Positions 58,784-64,000 of a stretch of DNA of 64,000 nt are shown in pieces (position 1 is the first letter of the stretch; each line of letters begins with the position of its first letter). Location: assembly GCA_964658255.1 (NCBI GenBank), contig CAZZYO010000006.1, forward strand, positions 407 to 64,406, in the 5' to 3' direction. Both the position numbers and the translations under genes were made by a program. This DNA is from Candidatus Babeliales bacterium. Lineage in GTDB: Bacteria > Acidobacteriota > Terriglobia > Terriglobales > Acidobacteriaceae. Under the pieces are notes generated by a model. That model was not told the origin of the DNA, searched no databases, and saw nothing but the letters and a program-made list of their open reading frames with translations.

Positions 58784-61453
58784 CTACTGCAGCAGTGGCG
58801 GCGCGTCGTCCTTCAGCTCCTCCGGTGGAATGACAACCGCCGCCGCGACCTTGTCTTCCGGGTCGAGGTTGAGCAGCTTGACACCCTGGGTCGAGCGGCC
58901 GGCGGCGCGGATGGTTTTGGTGTCGATGCGGATGATCTTGCCATACTGCGAGATCACCATCAGCTCCGAGGTTTCATCGACCAGCTGAATGGCATTCACC
59001 TTGCCGTTCTTCGCTGTTGTTTTCAGATTGATGACGCCCTTGCCGCCCCGTGACTGCAGCCGGTATTCGTCGACATCGGTGCGCTTGCCAAAGCCGTTTG
59101 AGGTGACCGTCAGGATGAGCGAAGGCGTGTTGCCACCATCCTGGTGCGCTGTGCGCTCGGCCGGCGTGATGGCGATGCCGACCAGGTAGTCGTTCTTCGC
59201 AATGTCAATCCCGCGAACACCGTACGCAGGCCGGCCCATGGAGCGCACGTCGTTCTCGTTGAAGCGGATCGCGATGCCGTCATGCGTTGCCAGGAAGACG
59301 ATCTGCTTGCCGTCCGTGATGCGGACGCCAATCAGTTCATCATCGTCGTCAATGCCGATGGCGATAATGCCGCGCGCCATCACGTTGCAGAAGTCCTTGA
59401 GCGGCGTACGCTTGACCGTGCCTTTGCGGGTAGCGAAGAAGACGAACTTGCCTTCCTCCTCAAGATTGCGTACCGGCAGAACGTTGCGCACCTGCTCGCC
59501 CGGCTGCAGGTTCAAGAGGCTCGCCATGGACTTGCCCTTGCCCGCGGCGCCAACGTCCGGAATCTCGTAGACTTTCAGCCAGTACACGCGACCGGTGTTG
59601 GTAAAGCAGAGCAGGTAAGCATGCGTGGAGTCGACCATGAGCTGCTGCACGAAGTCTTCTTCGCGCGTCTTCATGCCCAGCCGTCCCGTACCGCCGCGTT
59701 TCTGCTGGCGATAGATAGAGATGGGCGTGCGCTTCAGGTAGCCCGAATGCGAAACGGTCACTGCAACTTGTTCGTCAGCGATCAGGTCCTCAAGCTGCAG
59801 CTCGGCTGTTTCGTCGAGAATCTGCGTGCGGCGCGCATCGCCATACTTGTCGCGAACTTCTTCGAGCTCCTTGACGATGACCGCGCGCAGCTTCGGCTCG
59901 GACGCCAGGATGGACTCGTACTCGGCGATATTGCCACGCACTTCGCCAAGCTCGCGGAGGAGCTCGTCGATGGAGATTTGTGTCAGGCGATAAAGCTGCA
60001 ACTCGAGGATTGCGTCGATCTGCCTGTAGCTCAGCACCAGCGTGGCAGGCAGGATAGTAATCCCGTCCGTCAGGTACTTCGCCGGATCAAGCGTTATGCC
60101 CTCGAAGGCGTTGCCGCGCACCGTGATCGTCCGTCCGGAAAAGAACTGGTACAGGTTTTCGCGAGCGTCTGACCGGGAGCTGGAACCACGGATGATGCGA
60201 ATCACATTGTCCAGATGATCAAGCGCGATCTGGTACCCGATCAGGATATGTTCGCGCTCGCGTGCCTTGCGCAGCAGGTAGGCCGTGCGCCGCCGCACGA
60301 CGTCTACCCGGTGCTCGATGAAGTAGCCGATCGCGTCTGGCAGCGCGAGCTCGCGCGGCTGGCCATTCACGACTGCCAGGAAGATCATTGAGAAGCTTTC
60401 CTGCAGCTGCGAGTGCTTGTAAAGCTGGTTGAGCACGATCTGTGGCTCGGATCCGCGCTTGAGTTCGATGACGATGCGCATCCCGTCTCGATCACTCTCG
60501 TCGCGCACATCGCCGATGTCATCAATCACCTTTTCCTGCACAAGTTCGGCTATGCGCTCGATCAGTCGCGACTTGTTTACCTGGTACGGGATCTCGGTAA
60601 CGATGATGGCGCTACGCGCGCCTGAGATCTGCTCAATGGCGCACTTGGCACGCATCAGGAAGCGGCCACGCCCGGTGCGGTAGGCATTGGCAATCGTGGA
60701 CCGCCCGTAGATGAACCCGCCAGTAGGAAAATCCGGCCCCTGCACGTGCTCGAGCACCTCGGCCAGTCCCGCGCCAGGATTATTCACGAGCGTAATCGTC
60801 GCGTTGATAACTTCGGTCAAATTGTGCGGCGGAATATTGGTCGCCATGCCGACAGCGATGCCGTTCGAACCATTGACGATCAGGTTCGGAATCCGCGCAG
60901 GCAGCACGCTCGGCTCAAGCGTCGACTCGTCATAGTTCGGCACAAAGTCCACCGTCTCCATATCGATGTCGGCCAGCATCTCGCCAGCAATCTTGGCCAT
61001 CTTGGACTCGGTATAACGCATGGCCGCAGGCGGATCGCCATCAATCGAGCCAAAGTTCCCCTGCCCATCCACCATCGGATAGCGGAGCGAGAAAGGCTGC
61101 GCCAGGCGCACCATCGTGTCGTAGATGGAGGCGTCGCCATGCGGATGATAGTTGCCCATCACGTGGCCCACGACCTTGGCGCACTTGGTGTACTTCTTGT
61201 TCGGCTGCAGGCCCATATCGTGCATGCCGTAGAGCACACGGCGATGCACAGGCTTGAAGCCGTCGCGGATATCAGGCAGCGCACGACCGATAATGACCGA
61301 CATCGAGTAGTCGAGATACGACCGGCGCATTTCGTCTTCGATATTGATCGAGATAAGGTTGGCCGCGCCGGGGCCTGTAGGGCCGGTTGGATTGTCGCTG
61401 TTGCTGTCGGCGCCATCGCCAAGAGGTAATTGCGGATTCTGATCGTCTGCCAT
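58784..61453 (-). CDS. gyrA: DNA gyrase subunit A
   Basis: [14 protein letters not shown], active-site AAMRYTE, C-terminal beta-pinwheel repeats, 889 aa. Confidence 0.95.
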   Translation of the reverse strand: MADDQNPQLPLGDGADSNSDNPTGPTGPGAANLISINIEDEMRRSYLDYSMSVIIGRALPDIRDGFKPVHRRVLYGMHDMGLQPNKKYTKCAKVVGHVMGNYHPHGDASIYDTMVRLAQPFSLRYPMVDGQGNFGSIDGDPPAAMRYTESKMAKIAGEMLADIDMETVDFVPNYDESTLEPSVLPARIPNLIVNGSNGIAVGMATNIPPHNLTEVINATITLVNNPGAGLAEVLEHVQGPDFPTGGFIYGRSTIANAYRTGRGRFLMRAKCAIEQISGARSAIIVTEIPYQVNKSRLIERIAELVQEKVIDDIGDVRDESDRDGMRIVIELKRGSEPQIVLNQLYKHSQLQESFSMIFLAVVNGQPRELALPDAIGYFIEHRVDVVRRRTAYLLRKAREREHILIGYQIALDHLDNVIRIIRGSSSRSDARENLYQFFSGRTITVRGNAFEGITLDPAKYLTDGITILPATLVLSYRQIDAILELQLYRLTQISIDELLRELGEVRGNIAEYESILASEPKLRAVIVKELEEVRDKYGDARRTQILDETAELQLEDLIADEQVAVTVSHSGYLKRTPISIYRQQKRGGTGRLGMKTREEDFVQQLMVDSTHAYLLCFTNTGRVYWLKVYEIPDVGAAGKGKSMASLLNLQPGEQVRNVLPVRNLEEEGKFVFFATRKGTVKRTPLKDFCNVMARGIIAIGIDDDDELIGVRITDGKQIVFLATHDGIAIRFNENDVRSMGRPAYGVRGIDIAKNDYLVGIAITPAERTAHQDGGNTPSLILTVTSNGFGKRTDVDEYRLQSRGGKGVINLKTTAKNGKVNAIQLVDETSELMVISQYGKIIRIDTKTIRAAGRSTQGVKLLNLDPEDKVAAAVVIPPEELKDDAPPLLQ

Positions 61454-61635
61454 AGGGTGGGTCGCGGTGCCAAGCGAAAGCGCGCACGTAAGCGCGCGAA
61501 TCGCTGGGAGTACGCTGCTTCCATTCTACTAGGCTCGACATTGGTAGCGCGGGGTTAGTGCCGAAATGGAGCGGCGAAGGACTCGATACAGGTGGGCAGG
61601 CCTACGGGGCTATACTTTGAGGCGAGAGGTCCCCG

Positions 61636-61920
61636 ATGTCCACCTTTGCGCTCACTCCTTCTGACGCCGCTGACGCTCCCCTCGAAGACGACTTCTCGAT
61701 CCTCGAGCAGCGCGTTGTTCGGGCGTTGGAACTGCTACGCGCCGAGCGCGCGGCCCGGGCCACAGCCGAGGGCAATGCAGCAACCCTGCAGCAGCTTCTT
61801 GACGAGCAATCAGCCCAGCTCGCCGAGACCGAGGCTCGCACAAAAGCCCTGGAAAGCGAACGGGAGCAGGTACGCGGGCGAGTCGAGCGCATGATGAAGC
61901 AGCTGGACGAGGTTGGGTAA
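61636..61920 (+). CDS. coiled-coil protein, ZapB-like (tentative)
   Basis: 94-aa Glu/Arg/Leu/Ala-rich, coiled-coil-like ORF located two genes upstream of zapA. SD GAGAGG. Confidence 0.5.
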   Translation: MSTFALTPSDAADAPLEDDFSILEQRVVRALELLRAERAARATAEGNAATLQQLLDEQSAQLAETEARTKALESEREQVRGRVERMMKQLDEVG

Positions 61921-62140
61921 CGTGGTGCGAGCAAGGGAAGATGCCAGCAGATCACGCAGCAGCGTTGTGAAAGGAAGCAGCCAGGCAACGCAAGCTGGCA
62001 TGCGCGCGATTCGCGACCGGCTGGAAGCAACCGAAAGGCACTTCGATCAGCTTGAGGACCATCTCAGCACCTACAGGAACGTCCAGATGCTCACAGAGCA
62101 AATGGCTGAGCTCGGCGCCACGCAGCAGCCCTCCGCCTGA
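61913..62140 (+). CDS. hypothetical small protein
   Basis: 75-aa ORF between the coiled-coil gene and zapA. It has a TTG start and weak support. Confidence 0.3.
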   Translation: MGNVVRAREDASRSRSSVVKGSSQATQAGMRAIRDRLEATERHFDQLEDHLSTYRNVQMLTEQMAELGATQQPSA

Positions 62141-62170
62141 GCAGCAGGTCACAAGGAGCAAGCACAGTCA

Positions 62171-62530
62171 ATGCCCGTAACGAGTAGTCCAGCTGATCAC
62201 CAGTACATCACCGTTGAAATTTACGACCAGACCTATCATCTGCGTGGGCAGGACCCAGCCTACATCCAGCGGCTGGCCGACCTGGTGGATGCAAAGATGC
62301 GCGCTGTCGCTTCGCACGGCACCACAGTCGACTCGCTCCGTGTCGCCGTGCTCGCCGCGCTCAATGTTGCGGACGAGCTCCTGAGGCTGGAGGAGCGACA
62401 TGATGCACTCACCGGCAAGGTCGAGGCCAGCCGCAACCGGACCCACTCCCTCAACGGCCTGCTTGACGAGGTGCTGAGCGATGCGCCGCCGGCGTCTCCG
62501 GGCCCGCATGATACACGTCGCACCGGATAA
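62171..62530 (+). CDS. zapA: cell division protein ZapA
   Basis: ITVEIYDQTYHLRGQDPAYIQRLADLVDAKMRAV is the typical ZapA N-terminal pattern. Confidence 0.8.
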   Translation: MPVTSSPADHQYITVEIYDQTYHLRGQDPAYIQRLADLVDAKMRAVASHGTTVDSLRVAVLAALNVADELLRLEERHDALTGKVEASRNRTHSLNGLLDEVLSDAPPASPGPHDTRRTG

Positions 62531-62571
62531 ACACGCGCTTACTTCCGTTCCCGTCCAGGCGCTTGCATTCC

Positions 62572-62776
62572 GCGCCGAGTGCCGCTAGCATCCGAGTTGT
62601 AAGACTGGCCTGCAAAGCAGGTACATGGAGTACAAGCCGGTTGAACCTATAATTCATTGAACAGGGAGCTCGACTCGACAATCGGCTCGGTGTGCAGTGT
62701 CCGCCAGTTCGGAATGCCTAAAGAGCCGCGGAGAGTTCCCACCGTCTTAGGACGGGTTCACCGGCACACTCGTGTA
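62572..62776 (+). ncRNA. ssrS: candidate 6S RNA (about 200-nt rod-like structured RNA downstream of zapA)
   Basis: Hand-folded long-range helices: 62576-84 with 62762-72; 62588-95 with 62709-17; 62604-09 with 62703-08; 62610-14 with 62693-97; 62636-43 with 62679-86. Asymmetric internal loops separate the helices. zapA-ssrS synteny is known in other phyla. Confidence 0.45.
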
Positions 62777-63040
62777 CGGCCCCGCGGGTCAGTCTTTCAC
62801 CTTCTTTCCGCTCCCGGCGGTTCATGTCACAGCTACTCGGAACGGCGGCTCCGGCCGGTCTTCTTCCCTTGGACACGAGCTTCTTTTCTTCGCCAGCAAG
62901 AGGACGCCTTCAGTCTTTTACCCGGGTCGCAGCACCGTGTTACTCAAACCACCTTGCAGGGCGCCATCTTCCCTCAGCTGCTTGAGTTGGCGTTCCCTCG
63001 GTCGATACAGTTCCCGTCAACGCCCCCAGCAGTAAACCGG

Positions 63041-63068
63041 TCAGCCTGAGCGAAGCGAAGCATCTGCG
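63041..63068. repeat. solitary degenerate arm of the palindromic-element family
   Basis: tcagcctgagcgaagcgaagcatctgcg compared with the consensus tcatcctgagcgaagcgaaggatctgcg. Confidence 0.4.
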
Positions 63069-63143
63069 TCTCGCTCTCATCTCGCTCGACCAGCAAGCAC
63101 ACCATCTGCAACGCACAAGCAGGCCCACTCAGACCACCCCGCC

Positions 63144-63854
63144 ATGCACCCCATCCTCTTCCATCTTGGCCGCCTCACCTTAGCAACAGAAGGCGTCCTG
63201 GTCGCTATTGGCCTCCTCGCAGGGCTGCTTGTCTCCTGCTCCGTCGGTGCGCGTCAGGGCATCCCTGCCGATCGCATCTGGAACCTGGGTCTCACTGGCC
63301 TGCTCACCCTCTTCCTTGCCGAGCGCATGCTGGTGGTCGCCTTCAACCTTCAGGACTTCCTCGCCCACCCGGTCTGGATGCTCGGCCTCACCACCATCCG
63401 CGATGAGCGCTACTTCTACGGTGCTGCAGTCATAGCCATCTGTGCCGGTGTCGGCTACATATCGGCCTGGCAGCTGCCGTGGCTTCGCGTCCTCGATGCA
63501 CTTGCACCCGGCGCCGGCATTGCGCTGGCATGTGCCAGCCTCGGCGCCTTCCAAGCAGGCACTTCGCCGGAGCGCACGGTCGCGCTCTACGCAGCAACGC
63601 TGCACCTGGCGTTGGCCGTTGCTGTTACGTGGCTGGCCCTTCGCGCCCTGCCGGGAGCGGCGGCCGCATGCTGGCTCGGCTGCGCAGGGCTGGCGACCCT
63701 TCTGCTCGGGCAACTCCAACACCCAAGGGCTGCGGAGCTGCTTGTACTGGGCGCGTTTACCCTGCAGCAGGCAGCCGGCATTGCCGGCTTCATGGCAGGC
63801 ACCCTGTGCTACTTCTTTTCAAGCGGTTCACGCCGACCTGCTGCTTCGCCTTAG
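63144..63854 (+). CDS. Lgt (prolipoprotein diacylglyceryl transferase)-family-like membrane protein, divergent
   Basis: N-terminus HPILFHLGRLTLATEGVLVAIGLLAGL is Lgt-like, but I cannot find the canonical GRxGNF motif. Confidence 0.4.
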   Translation: MHPILFHLGRLTLATEGVLVAIGLLAGLLVSCSVGARQGIPADRIWNLGLTGLLTLFLAERMLVVAFNLQDFLAHPVWMLGLTTIRDERYFYGAAVIAICAGVGYISAWQLPWLRVLDALAPGAGIALACASLGAFQAGTSPERTVALYAATLHLALAVAVTWLALRALPGAAAACWLGCAGLATLLLGQLQHPRAAELLVLGAFTLQQAAGIAGFMAGTLCYFFSSGSRRPAASP

Positions 63855-64000
63855 AACGTCGCCAGCTTCACCCGCAACACCTGCACCTGGTCGGTGAAGT
63901 TCAACCCGTAATCCGTCTGGTCGCCATTCCAGATGCGCGTGGACTGCCACTTGCCATCCACGTAGCTCCCCTCTTCCACCACCGCCCAGAGACGCTGCGG
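63851..64000 (-). CDS. 3' end of an outer-membrane beta-barrel-like protein (partial, runs off the window)
   Basis: My own translation of the minus strand ends ...GLNFTDQVQVLRVKLATF-stop. It has an alternating pattern and a terminal Phe. It overlaps the Lgt-like stop by 4 nt. Confidence 0.45.
   Translation of the reverse strand, partial: PQRLWAVVEEGSYVDGKWQSTRIWNGDQTDYGLNFTDQVQVLRVKLATF

Overview
High-GC (roughly 60-65% by hand counts of a few lines) bacterial chromosomal segment. The gene content looks Acidobacteriota-like: a CarboxypepD_reg-type TonB-dependent receptor, many FG-GAP/ASPIC-UnbV (CRTAC1-like) proteins, and HPERSEGS-type palindromic repeats. This taxonomic call is an inference. 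About two thirds of the window is housekeeping: ligA, aspS, hisS, infC, rpmI, rplT, rpsU, pheS, pheT, gyrA, zapA, tRNA-Phe, a NitT/TauT-type ABC transporter and assorted enzymes and membrane proteins. I saw no rRNA, CRISPR array, transposase or integrase.

The parts worth a second look are:
1. An accessory-looking block at 8.5-24.2 kb. It holds four FG-GAP/ASPIC paralogs, an RnfD/NqrB-like membrane protein translationally coupled to them, and a tightly overlapped AsnB-like / radical-SAM / flavoprotein operon of unknown product.
2. A 57-aa ORF missing from the ORF track, built from 21-bp (heptad) repeats, at the head of the ABC operon.
3. A MITE-like palindromic element family with four copies in the window, one sitting in-frame inside pheT.
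4. A low-GC single-gene islet (DUF3644-like) plus a GNAT gene splitting pheS from pheT.
5. A rod-like structured RNA candidate (6S/ssrS) just downstream of zapA.
6. infC with an obligatory non-canonical start codon.

All family assignments rest on motif recognition by eye. No searches were run.
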